From: Deltaproteobacteria bacterium
Lineage (GTDB): Bacteria; Desulfobacterota; Desulfobacteria; Desulfobacterales; ETH-SRB1
Assembly: GCA_030262895.1 (NCBI GenBank)
Contig: JAJSZW010000003.1
Location: 3,076-67,075, forward strand
Length of the DNA stretch: 64,000 bases
Reading direction: 5' to 3'
In this document: in pieces, positions 63,865-64,000 of the stretch
How the letters are laid out: each line of letters opens with the position of its first letter
Numbering within the stretch: the stretch's first letter is position 1
Notes under the pieces: model-generated
What the model was told of the DNA's origin: nothing
Databases searched by the model: none
Seen by the model: the letters and a program-made list of their open reading frames with translations, nothing else
Translations under genes and position numbers: made by a program

Positions 63865-64000
63865 ATGATTGTAACTGTAACCTTAAATCCCGCCTTTGAT
63901 CATCTTCTATTTTTTTCTGAAATTTCTATGGGAAAACTGAATCGGGCTGTATCGACCTTGAGAATGCCTGGAGGGAAAGGCATCAATGTTGCCGGCTCCC
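63865..64000 (+). CDS. PfkB-family sugar kinase (1-phosphofructokinase-like), N-terminal part
   Basis: MIVTVTLNPAFDH...GKLNRA.....PGGKGINVAGS, preceded by aagagg. It runs off the window. Confidence 0.75.
   Translation, partial: MIVTVTLNPAFDHLLFFSEISMGKLNRAVSTLRMPGGKGINVAGS

Overview
AT-rich bacterial chromosome segment with about 55 protein genes and no rRNA, tRNA or CRISPR array that I could recognise. Gene content suggests an anaerobic, selenocysteine-using deltaproteobacterium of Desulfobacterales type: selA, a fused cobA/hemD next to hemC, a class II B12 ribonucleotide reductase and DUF134/DUF5320 genes. This taxonomic guess is inference only. Housekeeping blocks are: mnmE; hemC-cobA/hemD; selA; rfbB; rsmD-coaD-nrdJ; pcm; hisH-hisF; mazG; cvpA; phoH-(PgpH-like 7TM-HD)-ybeY; pdxJ; nnr; tsaE-lysC; pyrF. 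Three loci stand out. (1) 11.1-25.8 kb holds a three-gene DISARM-class-1-like module: a giant DExH helicase with DUF1998-like and Vsr/DUF559-like parts, an SNF2 helicase and a 1299-aa N6-adenine methyltransferase. It has no PLD gene and is bracketed by an AAA/DUF4143 ATPase gene and two decayed copies. (2) 28.3-37.1 kb is a patchwork containing a GC-rich DUF134 plus two DUF5320 genes, a 30-codon integron-integrase remnant and an endonuclease-Q-like::UvrD fusion. It also contains a frameshifted GC-rich DUF2293 gene and a single-polypeptide methyltransferase::BsuBI/PstI-endonuclease fusion. (3) 57.4-63.4 kb is a tightly chained non-canonical Hsp70 module, translationally coupled to pyrF. Its parts are an 898-aa helical/TPR-like protein, a J-like protein with TPE instead of HPD, a long GrpE-like protein, Hsp70 and a zinc-ribbon protein. 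I regard it as the best candidate for an undescribed system. A HesB/IscA-like gene at 3347-3661 has an in-frame UGA at the cluster-ligand cysteine position and is a probable selenoprotein. Intergenic DNA carries at least four families of MITE/REP-like palindromic elements. Five of these supply the last codons and/or the stop codon of the adjacent gene.
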